A stretch of 64,000 nt of DNA from Dicyema japonicum (taxonomy: Eukaryota; Animalia; Dicyemida), in NCBI GenBank assembly GCA_011109175.1, contig RDEW01000023.1, positions 159,225 through 223,224 on the forward strand, given 5' to 3'. Shown here piece after piece: positions 52,778 through 64,000 of the stretch. The first letter of the stretch is position 1, and each line of letters starts with the position of its first letter. The position numbers were made by a program, and so were the translations under genes. The notes beneath the pieces are model-generated. The model was not told where the DNA came from, made no database searches, and saw only the letters and a list, made by a program, of their open reading frames with translations.

Positions 52778-53564
52778 ATGTTCAATTTCATCATCTTATA
52801 CTTTCCATTCTGCATTTTGACACAGAAAAATTGTCGAGAAGAAGAATTAGATGTGTCGTATAATGTGTATTAAATATTAATTATTAAGATTTTGGAGAAA
52901 TTGTAAAAATACTGGCCTAAAATATAATTCTCATATTAATAAATTAAATATGCATAACGTTATATCTGAACATGGCAATTTTTCCATTATTGAACTGAAT
53001 GTGATCATTTTGTATTAAATATTACTTATTATAGTTCTGTATGTATGATGAAAGTTTAAAATATATAGACAAACATACTTTTCCACCTACCATTGCGATA
53101 TTGTTATATATTTTATTAAATTAATAGGTATTTGGATAATTGCAATTCCCTTGTATACATGGCAATCGATTTTGCTGGGCATTTAACATCATTTCAGTAC
53201 ATGTACATTTTTTAATTTATGTAGATCCTTTCCAGAAAGAATACAAGTTTTTCAAGCATTTAGAATTAGTTCCAATAAAGTTAACATAGAATAGTATTTT
53301 TAATAATAATAATATAGTGTTATCGTTTGCATTGATTCATTCAATAAGGCAGAGGCGTATGATATTATATTTATCATAGACATAAACCTCTACCTAATAA
53401 ACTTATAAATCTCATAAATAATAGCTTGACTATGATACAAAGTGAGTTCGTTATTGAAAACAGCGAGCAGATTAGTGGAACATGTAATTAATAATGTTAT
53501 TTCAGACTGCAGTGCCATTGTGGACAAGTTTAATGTCCTTGGCAATTGCCGAATATTACACTAA
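52778..53564 (+). CDS. Orphan 8-exon gene, 201 aa, probable signal peptide
   Basis: Exons 52778-52857, 52889-53000, 53035-53102, 53128-53202, 53225-53293, 53318-53356, 53380-53483, 53506-53564. Seven GT-AG introns (31, 34, 25, 22, 24, 23, 22 nt) give an uninterrupted 606 nt frame. The first two introns are less certain. Confidence 0.65.
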
Positions 53565-53759
53565 CATTTTACTAACTTGATTGGTTTTTTTTCAGGGAAA
53601 TTAATTAGTGTTAATTAATTCAAATTTATTATGATTTAAATAATTTCCTGGTTGGACAAATGAATCAAACATCTCTACTCTTGACTCGGAAAGAATAATT
53701 TCAGTTAAAAAAACGATGAGGAAATGAATATGATAGGTTTTAAAGAACGGATAGGTTTC

Positions 53760-55030
53760 CTTAGATTTATGAATGACATGAGCATTATCCCAATTAATTT
53801 ATATAGTTTTGATCCCTATCGACATAATTGTCACGGAGTTCTTTCTCAAGATATTCAAGGAGATCGATTATATAAACACAGTTGCTTCTTAGAGAGTCAG
53901 ACGTCCAAATTGTTTGAGTATATTGTGATATGTTGAACCTCAATAAAACTAGAGTTTTGGACATTCCCAAATAGATAGATACAGCTGACGATACTAGGAA
54001 AACGCCGAGTTTGTTCTCAATATAAGAAAAATAATTTGGGTCATCTAATGTAAGGATCACAAATCCACGTTAATCATTCAATAATTATAAACGCCGTCCA
54101 TCCTGATTTGTCTTCAACAACCAGAACTAGTATTCTCCAAATCAAGTCGCCTAATAAAATGGCATAGGGATTCTTGTTGTAGAACTCAGAGATATCTTTA
54201 GAACGAATCTCAAGATTCTTGCCATATAGACCTTTAACAGTAATCCATATTCTCTCGAAACAAATGTCCATGCTTACAATATCACATTATAAATGACAAT
54301 AGACCTTTTGATTACGATTTCTGAAGCAGTCGCGGTAGAAAATAGACATTCCCATACAGGAACTGCTCAAGCCTTCCATAAAACGTCTACGGAATTGCGT
54401 CCCGTCAATAAATACACTTCGAATTCTTTATTTCATCTCATTGACCACCAAGATGTCAATCTTAGAGTCCCTAGAAAGTAGCGCTAGTTCATCATGCCTT
54501 TTCCTTAGGGATCGGGCATTAACTAGGACTATTTTTAGTCCTTGTTTCAACAATTTGGTGACCTTGCTTCTTCAAAACCAAGTTTACTATCTCCATTAAA
54601 TCCACCATCTATGTAATCTCCATTAAATCCATTAAATCCAGATAGATAAGCTGTGATATAATCTTTGATATTTCCGTATATACCTTCTCTGATAGATTGG
54701 GTTGGACTTGATTCGATTAATTTTTGGTGCCGTCATGAGGTAACTGTATTTGCTGTCCACGTTTTCAAATATCGTCTATTATTACCTGTCCATCGTTTTA
54801 CGTTACTCTCATATGATTAGAATTTTAGGTGGCTGGATATCCACCATATCTGGCACTATTTGAGGACGATACACAATTTATGCAATTCATTGAGTTCCCG
54901 GGAGTCTCTCCACACGCAGACAGGTCGTGTTCCCCTGCGCAACTAAGACATCTCTCTTTATAGAAGGAGGATATACGTCCATAGCGTTTGCAGTTGAAAC
55001 ACCTCAGTGGGCCTCTTCTGTACTATTCGC
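53760..55030 (-). mobile_element. Jockey/I-group LINE 5' half: gag-like CCHC knuckles followed by APE
   Basis: RCFNCKRYG...RCLSCAGEH...C...CINC, then KIVLVNARSLRKR...DILVVNE...ILLGDL. Confidence 0.8.
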
Positions 55031-55035
55031 ATGTT

Positions 55036-56165
55036 ATCAAAGTCCAAATAATTAACTGATTTGGAATATGTTGAAAGATGTAATTAATTGATCGATTATA
55101 GAACCTTAAAATGGTCACTAATTGGTTGAATTATGATTTTGACATTAATCAAATCAATTAGAAATTAAAGAAATTCTAAATAAAGTTTCAATATATAAAA
55201 GTCCAAATATTTAACTGATTTGGATTTTGTTGAAAGATGTAATAAATTGATCAATTAGAAACTTAATATTATCAAACCGCTCTTGAAGTACAAACCTTCA
55301 CAGGAATGCGCCCTCGTCGTGTTCAATCAACTCCTAAAACCGACGATTGAGTACGCCTGTGCCTCATGGGCCTATGGAGCTTCGATATCAAATTCACTCA
55401 AGATCAATACCCTAATTGGAAAACTAGCACGTCAAACAAATCTACCCCCCGATCTTTTCCCTCCAATGCTTGACCACGCCGCAATCAAAAATAATGGCTC
55501 CGGCTTCATCTGTCTGTGTGGCCAAGAAACAAGTCGTTTCTTCCATTCAAGGCTGAAGGCTTCAAATACACGAAATTTGGGGAAAAACCCCACTCCTCTT
55601 CAAACCCTAATGAAAGATGATCGTCGTTTATTCAGGAAAGCCGTGGGTACTCTGGAGGAACACAGGAAAAACCTCTCGATCCTGTTGAGGCGTACCGGGA
55701 TCACTTAATTAGTTGGATTACTCCTTCTTTCTTGGTGTTCCCTTTTCGGGGTTATTAAATAAATAAATAAATAATTATTGAACTTTAAGATGGTCGTCAA
55801 TTGGCTGAATTGGTGATTTTGACATTAATCAATCAATTAGAAATTATAATAAAGTTTCAATATATCAAAGTCCAAATAATTAACTAATTTGATTATGTTG
55901 AAAGATGTAATTAATTGATCAATTATAGAACTTTCAGATGGTCGGCAATTGGTTGAATTGGTGATTTTTACATTATTTAAATCAATTAGAAATTAACGAA
56001 ATTTTTAATTAAGTATCAATACGTTAAAGTCACAGTTATTAACACGAATGGATGATGTCGAAAAATGAACGTAATAGAACGATGATAGATACTCAAGACA
56101 GTTGGCAATCGATCAATTGGTGATTTTGACATTAATCAAATCAATTAGAAATTAACGAAATTATT
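55036..56165. repeat. ~159 bp tandem satellite, about 4-5 diverged monomers, interrupted by a LINE fragment
   Basis: The aaagtc anchor recurs at ~55039, ~55198, ~55867 and ~56026. Confidence 0.85.
55265..55775 (+). mobile_element. Jockey/I-group LINE 3' end with a (TAAA)n tail
   Basis: KPTIEYACASW matches EPSISYACASW at 7.48 kb, and the 3' UTR is shared. Confidence 0.85.
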
Positions 56166-56169
56166 ACAA

Positions 56170-56545
56170 GAATCTAATTTCTGCATTTCCTCTACTTTTC
56201 TTTTATTTCTATATGAGATAGAGGGTCCTCACCAAGCGCATGCATATAAGATATATGTCTCGATGTACTCCTTGTATATGTTTTTCAGTACTGGGTGGTT
56301 CCCCACTTTCCATATTCCAGTAAGGTCTTTATAATATTAATTTTCCTTTACCATTTTGTGAGAATGTTTTCAATAAGGGGTGAAAAACAAAGGTGCATAT
56401 CAAATGTCACTCCCAAAATCCTCTGACATTTGTTGAAAAATATATCGTCCTTGTCTATTTTCAATGTGACTGTACTTCCAAATCTTTTTTCTCTGAGGTG
56501 AAAAGGAAGTGATTGACTTTTCGCATCCTAAGCAGGTTTTCTATT
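56170..56545 (-). mobile_element. Jockey/I-group RT thumb remnant
   Basis: ILGVTFDMHL.FSP. Confidence 0.65.
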
Positions 56546-56561
56546 ATCCAAACGTTTAGAG

Positions 56562-58693
56562 CAGGGGTTCTCAACCTGGGGTCGATTCGACCCCCAGGGG
56601 TCTAAAATCAATCCAGATCGATCGTAAGTGGGTCGAAAATGAAATACTTGGGGGTCGAAAATAAATTTGATATATTTAATCTTTTTCAATTTAAATTAAG
56701 TTAGTTTATTTTTAAAGTGGTAAACCTTTGTTCTTTAAAATTTTTAAAATTACCATGCTTGTTTTTGTTCGTGTATGAGTCGTTTTTCTACATTAAAAAT
56801 TCGTCAATATAAAAATGAATATTTGGCATTTGGATTTATAAAAAATTATTTTGATAATAGACCATATTATTTACTGTGTAATAAGTCATTATTAGGGCAA
56901 TTTAAGTGCTAAAATGCTATTTTTATTTTTTATACTTTTTTAAATATACGATTGAATTTGGAATAATTATTTTTTAATTTTATTTAAAATAAACATACAT
57001 TATAAATGCTATAAGTGCTATTTTTAATTTTAAATGCTAATTTTGTTTAACTGCTAATTTAAATTGCAGTTAATAATGTGTTTACGGATTCCGAAATACG
57101 CGGAGCACTCCTTCGGCTGAATAACAACAGAGCAGCTGGCTATGACAATATTTGTGGGGAGTTGTTAAAATACGCACCAACCCAGCTAGCAGAAAAGATA
57201 ACTTTCATATTCAACAAGATAGACTCATTGTTCAATTGACATCGCGATGGGAGTTCTACTTCCTTTACAAAAACCTGGCAAACCTGCAGGTCCAATTGAA
57301 AATTTCAAGGCGATCGTGCATTTGACCACTTTGCGAAAAACATTGTCGATTACAACATGTTTTTCGAAAAGATGTGGAGTATTTGGACTCGCAGAAAACT
57401 TATTTCCTTAAATCTTCGGATGCGCTTATATAGCGCGTTCATACAACCAGTCCTATTATATAACTCGGGAACATGGGGAACATCAAAAACAGACCGTGAC
57501 TGACTAGACACATTTCATAGAAATCAATTGATAAAAATTGCGGGAATTAAATGGCCACAGATTATCAAAAAAGACACTCTCTACAAATTATATAAATGCA
57601 AACCGACAAGCAGAGAAGTAATTACCTCACGCTGGCTACTTATCGGACATGTTCTGAGAATGGACGAAGTGATTCCTTGCAATCAGATGATGGAAGATTA
57701 CTATTATACAAAAACTACATTTTGATAATGACAAGGCAAATATCAAAAATTATATAAATAAAAGAATGGAAGAAAATGGATTTAAACTTATTATTGAAAT
57801 GACTGAACCAAAAATTAGCTAACAAGATTATTTTTCTCTTTCACGCTGTCAGGCATCCTATGCATCTGTTCAAAGAGCAATTAAAATGCTAAAAAATATT
57901 TTAAAAAAAAAGATAGGAACTTCCATCCAGACAATATGTAGAATTGGCGAAAGAGCTTTTGAAACCAAATGTTGTATATGTAGAACGCAATGTACATGAA
58001 TCACATTTGGACATATTTTTTTTCAAATATGTCGCAAATCCTTTATATTTTCCAACCATAGAAACCAAATTTTCATATGGAATCTGAATGTCATCCAAAA
58101 ATAATTTGACTAAGGAAAAAAATAGAAAATCCAGTCGTATCAGTAAAGAAGAGCATGATCGTCAAAATATCTTAAAGGGTAAGCTTCTAATAAGATTAAC
58201 CTGACATATCCCATTAGAATTGATTGGTTGGTCACATATATGACTTTCGTCAATTTGAAGCAAAAAAAATAGTATTTTTAAGCCTTTCACATAAAATATG
58301 TTCAACATATCTGCCATTTCGTCAATCCTGCGGCGAATTGAATCATTGCTAATTGGTACGGAATTTAAAATTTCACCGAGATTTAAACCCATAAGATCTG
58401 ATAGAATCACTGATAGATGGTTTGATGAGATTTTCACCAGAAACATGGGAACTCTTATTTTTGGCAATAATTATTGCAATTTTATAGGATGCAATTAGTC
58501 CTCCTAAATGTAATTTAAAATAAATACAACTATTGTTTCTTTCACTACTATTTGTAAAAACAGTGTCAATCGTTTTTTTGTTTACGAAAAGAATACTTTA
58601 ATTCTTCAAAATACTCAAATGGTTTATCTTTTTTATCCGAATGTTTTCTCCTAAGATGATCCAACAATTTGGACAGTTTCATTGCATCATTTG
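56562..58693. mobile_element. hAT Buster/Charlie-type transposon, disrupted; 5' end on +, transposase piece 57938-58693 on -
   Basis: Terminus CAGGGGTTCTCAACC preceded by GTTTAGAG (nnnTAnnn). LLCNKSL before 56893 continues as SNDAMKLSKL..HL...H from 58693 leftwards. Also PISNDSIRRRIDEMA, LQIDES, MVGKYKGF, HCVLH. Confidence 0.85.
56893..57937 (+). repeat. Left arm of a ~1.05 kb inverted repeat (partner 59380-60428)
   Basis: Near-identical reverse complement, differing by a 5 bp indel and homopolymer lengths. Confidence 0.95.
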
Positions 58694-58701
58694 ATAATGA
58701 C

Positions 58702-60428
58702 TAGGGCAAGTTGTTTCTAGCACTTAAAAAAATTTTTTTAGCGCTAAAAAATCACAAAATCTAGCAATTATAATTAAAAAAGTTAGCACTTAAAATGATA
58801 AAATCTAGCATTTAAATTTGTCAAATCTATAACTTAAAATAATAAAATATAACATTTAAATTTTATTTGGAAGAATGAAATTGTCAGGCGAGCTATGGAT
58901 GCCGCTGGATACTCGGCCATTCTTGAACCGGACGGGATGACCATATTTCCATTTGAGGCCGGGAAACCACTGGTTTGGGATGTGACATGTACAGACACGT
59001 TCGCCCAGAAAAATCTTCACGAGAGTGCTACAAGGGCCTGTTCAGCATCCGTAAAGGCGGAGAAGGCCAAACTTGTTAAATAAGTCGACCTTCCCGATGA
59101 TGTCAAATTTGTTCCCCTTGCTATGGAGACTTCCGGATCCTACTCCCCCTCTACACTCGAGTTTCTCGGACGTCTTGGAAACCGGATCACCTCATGCACT
59201 GGAGATCTCCGTGAACGCCGCTGGCTATTTGAGCGAATTTCGCTCGCAATTTTGAGAAGGAACAGCCACGCAGTGAGGGCGGCAACTACCTGACTTCTAT
59301 TGTTTAAATGTCCTTTCATCACTTAAAAATGGGATTTTTTCAATTTTATTTATTGTAATATAATAAAAATTAATGCCTGATATTGTCTGGATGGAAGTTC
59401 CTATCTTTTTTTTAAATATTTTTTAGCATTTTAATTGCTCTTTGAACAGATGCATAGGATGCCTGACAGCGTGAAAGAGAAAAATAATCTTGTTAGCTAA
59501 TTTTTGGTTCAGTCATTTCAATAATAAGTTTAAATCCATTTTCTTCCATTCTTTTATTTATATAATTTTTGATATTTGCCTTGTCATTATCAAAATGTAG
59601 TTTTTGTATAATAGTAATCTTCCATCATCTGATTGCAAGGAATCACTTCGTCCATTCTCAGAACATGTCCGATAAGTAGCCAGCGTGAGGTAATTACTTC
59701 TCTGCTTGTCGGTTTGCATTTATATAATTTGTAGAGAGTGTCTTTTTTGATAATCTGTGGCCATTTAATTCCCGCAATTTTTATCAATTGATTTCTATGA
59801 AATGTGTCTAGTCAGTCACGGTCTGTTTTTGATGTTCCCCATGTTCCCGAGTTATATAATAGGACTGGTTGTATGAACGCGCTATATAAGCGCATCCGAA
59901 GATTTAAGGAAATAAGTTTTCTGCGAGTCCAAATACTCCACATCTTTTCGAAAAACATGTTGTAATCGACAATGTTTTTCGCAAAGTGGTCAAATGCACG
60001 ATCGCCTTGAAATTTTCAATTGGACCTGCAGGTTTGCCAGGTTTTTGTAAAGGAAGTAGAACTCCCATCGCGATGTCAATTGAACAATGAGTCCTGAATA
60101 TCTTGTTGAATATGAAAGTTATCTTTTCTGCTAGCTGGGTTGGTGCGTATTTTAACAACTCCCCACAAATATTGTCATAGCCAGCTGCTCTGTTGTTATT
60201 CAGCCGAAGGAGTGCTCCGCGTATTTCGGAATCCGTAAACACATTATTAACTGCAATTTAAATTAGCAGTTAAACAAAAATTAGCATTTAAAATTAAAAA
60301 TAGCACTTATAGCATTTATAATGTATGTTTATTTTAAATAAAATTAAAAAATAATTATTCCAAATTCAATCGTATATTTAAAAAAGTATAAAAAATAAAA
60401 ATAGCATTTTAGCACTTAAATTGCCCTA
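58702..60428 (-). mobile_element. Non-autonomous hAT-like element (TIR TAGGGCAA[T/G]TT) carrying nested RTE (~59580-60240) and CRE (~58880-59330) fragments
   Basis: TIRs at 58702 and 60428, subterminal TAGCA repeats, transposase C-terminal remnant KDRNFHPDNI...YYNK, and 8 bp TSD gtcattat at 56885-56892 with its reverse complement at 58694-58701. Confidence 0.8.
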
Positions 60429-60429
60429 C

Positions 60430-61215
60430 TCATCACCCTTTGCCACATTCCGAGTTGCTTTCCATACTTCTCCGGTGGAGCTATTTCGTTCCAGTTTCGT
60501 AAGTACTCGGTTCCACTTTGCTCTCTGGATTTTAGTTCTTTTGCCTTTATTTCGTTGTTTAGGCTTTAAGCCGGAGTTTCTTTTCTGCTGAATCCGATTG
60601 GATTTTTTGAAATTTCTTTAATCAAAGCCGTCTTCCCATGTCCACTAGATGAATTTAGTGAATATTTCTTGCTCTTATGAGCTTATGTTGTTGAGGTAGG
60701 TGATCGCTTTGTCCAATGAAGGGAAACGATCGAGGTAACAGTCCTGTAGTAGCTTGTCCGTGATAAGTTGGTACATTTTCCAGTCAGCATTTTTATAATT
60801 GTAGCTTCTTTGGATTTTCTTGACACTGGTCTCTCTCTTGATCTTCATCACAATTGGGTTGTGGTCACTTCTCGTTTCGTATAAGACTGACCATGCAATC
60901 TTCGATGCAAGTGGAGCAGAACAGAGAGTTACGTCAATGAAGTCCGTTTCTCTGAATGGTGTCTTGTGTTTTTTGAAGGATCGTTCGTTAGAGTGTCCGT
61001 TTGCGATAGTAGCAATTTCCCTCTTTTGTCGGCGAGTTGAGAAGACAACCAAAGTGGATGCTTGGCATTCAGGTCCCCACAGATGATGAACTCATCGAAG
61101 GTAGTCAATCTTGAAAGGTTTGGAATGTCACAACCCATGTTGCATGGGCCAGGAGGAGGAACGTAGATGTTCATAAGGCATAGGCTTCCATTTGTTGTAT
61201 TCAATGAGATTACAA
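60430..61215 (-). mobile_element. Jockey/I-group LINE APE region, degenerate
   Basis: MNIYVPPP, ICGDLNAKHPLW, IDVTL, SDHNPI, YNYKNADWK. Confidence 0.85.
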
Positions 61216-62389
61216 TACTTCAGTAACCTCATCATTCCATTGACAAATTTAAATTTATAAAATATATTGTTTACAAAATAATAATATTATCAATCACTTC
61301 GATTTTCTTTTTGTAGTGATAATTATTTTTAAAAAAATCTCTTATATCTCTGAGCGAGTAACAGGGGAAGATGGAAACGACTTGAGCGCGTATCCTGAAA
61401 TGCATGACATAAGTGGAATCTCAAATTAATTAATTTTTGTTGGGCGGAGAGTTCTAATAATGATAATAATATCTCTGAGAAGAGAGGGATATTTGCTATG
61501 CCTTGAATCGCATTGAAAAGCACACGACTTTCAGATTTGGTCATTATGTCACGCCCATGACATCAAGATATCTAAAATATCAAATTTGAAAATGATTTCG
61601 ATTCATTGATCCTATTAATTATTATTGAGAATATTCGAGAAGTAATATCTTACTAATACTTTTCTTGTTCAATTTTTGGCCAGAAGGGATTCGAACCATT
61701 GATATATCTGATACTTCCTTATTTAAAACCTCTGGTTTCCAAGAGCAAGAGTAACCTAACCAGCTCTTCACTCCGACTTAGTAAGCATTGAAAAACTGAT
61801 CATATGCTTATACCAATAACGGATATATCATAGAATATAAAAACTAAAGATTTATTCATAAAACGAGAATTTCTTTTTGATAAACCCATATTTTTAATCA
61901 ATTCAGCTCTTCCCTGACAATCTGTCAGATTTTTAGTTTATTCTTCAAAAGCAGAAAGTGCTTTATTAAAGGACGATAGTTTTGACAAAATATTTTGAAT
62001 TCAAATATGTCTTTTATCCGTAAATTAGTGTTGTGATTCAATGTTTAAGTTCAAAATGTAAAGATTACGAAATTTATTAAGGACGGCGTGAATAAGAAAA
62101 CCCACTAACGGAATCGACATGTTGAAGGACTTCAACTCTTTCGAGTTCGCTATTGACTAAGAAGATTCTTAGGTCGAATATACAAATATAAAACTATGGC
62201 TGGAGAATTTTTTAGAACAGACGGAAGAGTTTTAATAAAATAAATCAAGGTCGTATTTACTTTTTTCACAAGGGCCTACGAAAATCCCCTCTGTTTACAA
62301 TTCTACACTATATACCGACAATTGAGGACTATAATACTATTTTTCTATTTTTTGGGAACAATTTTATTATATCCGCTGGGCATAGTTTT

Positions 62390-64000
62390 TCCTCAGTGGC
62401 TGCTGTGGTGATCAAGTTACACCTTAGTAGGTGTACGACCGCCTATTCGCCAACATGTTATCTGAATCAAATCCAAATCCCAGTTCACCCTTATACTACA
62501 GACTGGAGGTATAGAAGTGAATCTGAATTATTCATGAGATACTCGATAGAACAAATTGTTTGTATAGATACTCTAACGATGAGCGGGAAGATATTGGGGA
62601 GTTCGAGAAGTCTTGAGAATTCTAATTTTCTTTAGGATCCTCGCGGTTACCAGGTCCACTTGATGATTGAATGAAAAGAGAGTATTCAAGATGATTCTGA
62701 GTAAAAAGGTTTTATATGGCTTGACGGCGAACGAGGTGGAATTTGGAAGAAAAAAGCTAAACTTTCCCTATCCTTATGTGATGCACCAACAAGGAATGCC
62801 TATGACGATAGGTGGAGATATCGATCCAAACCTCGTACTAGCAAGTATTTTTTAACATAGTATAAATGGAATCAAAAATAATATAACTTGAACTAGGAAC
62901 TTATTCGGAAAAACATCGCATCGACATGTTGTTTATTCAAGAATCCAAACTTCCCCAGAATGAAACATCAAAATTCCTGGGCTTCATAGTAATTCGTCGT
63001 GACAGACGTAGGTAACTTGGAGGCCTTCTTACTGTAATTCGTTACGGAATTTCGTACGAACATATAACTAACCATGTACACACTATGTTCTATGACTGTG
63101 GAAATCTCTTATTTGTGGGAACCAAAGTACGATTCCCTCGACTATCAATAACATTGATCAACGCATATGTTCCGCCTTTAAGTTCATGCTCCTCCTGTGC
63201 TCTCAGATTCTTTCACCTCGCTGAAGGATGGCATTGATTATCTGTGGTGTCTTCAATACGAAGAATCTATTGTGGCTGTCAGGATAAGCCCATGACAAAA
63301 GGAGAAGATGTTAATTGAGGATCTTCATAGTCTCTGCATACTAAACGATCCGGCTTTCCATACAAGAACACCTACTCGACGTAACGATAAACCCTCATCC
63401 ATTGACATCTCACTGTCATTTACCTTATCCTCGGCCCCTCTTATTGACTGGTCGTTGAAATATGACACCAAGAAAAACCAAAATCAAATATTTTTGAAAG
63501 TCAAAATGATATCACGGATGAAAGGACAGTATCCGACTATAATTAATTACAGCTTTGCTAACTGGAAGATTCAAAGAGTACATCAGTACTTGCATAGAAC
63601 TCTTGAATTTCCCCACTCCTCATTCCGTTGAACAATTAGTGAAATGGTTCAACCTTCCATTAAAAGCTGTGAGAAGGAAATATATTCCAATGGGTATGCA
63701 ACATTGTTTTGGAAAAAGTACACGATTCAATCTCGATACCTTCCTCCCGCATGGATTCTGATGTAAGCACTCTACCACAACCTACCTCACAACCCTCACA
63801 CAATTCATTGCGGAAGGATATATCTCCCCCAAACCCCATCAAAGGACAGTACTTATATTAGTGGAAATTACAAAAGCGTTTTACTCAGTCCCCTGTAAAC
63901 TCCTTACAAAGAAAATATTCGAAACGAACATCCTCTCGAACTTGAAGCTTTGGCTTTGAAACTTCCTAAATGGAAGATTAGCACAAGTACTCTGCAACAA
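62390..64000 (+). mobile_element. Jockey/I-group LINE remnant (gag-like piece then APE), running off the window end
   Basis: IPVHPY, LINAYVPP, LNDPAFHTR, SSIDISL, NYSFANWK. Confidence 0.65.

Noticed and set aside
1-64000. tRNA, rRNA, prokaryotic operons or defence systems, and most short ORFs in the track
   Set aside because: None were recognised. Most listed short ORFs are antisense or alternative frames of TE remnants, or chance AT-rich frames.

Overview
AT-rich eukaryotic nuclear DNA, not prokaryotic. The window is mostly a transposon graveyard: RTE-type and Jockey/I-type APE LINEs, about ten CRE-like RLE non-LTR fragments, one full-length but frameshifted R4/Dong-like element, and remnants of hAT (Buster) and Tc1/mariner DNA transposons. 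Host genes are largely invisible in the ORF track because they are split by 21-27 nt GT-AG introns. I reconstructed by hand a damaged glycine decarboxylase P-protein gene, a ZYG11/ZER1-like gene, two paralogous two-domain LAMP-like membrane protein genes plus a third 5' stump, an 8-exon orphan gene for a probably secreted protein, a CENP-A-like pseudogene and EGF-domain remnants. Gene content plus micro-introns suggests a highly reduced parasitic animal such as a myxozoan or dicyemid (inference only). Single Ns at 1745 and 4167 mark assembly joins. Many 1-nt frameshifts lie in homopolymers, so assembly error cannot be separated from pseudogenisation without reads. Coordinates of degenerate TE remnants are approximate.
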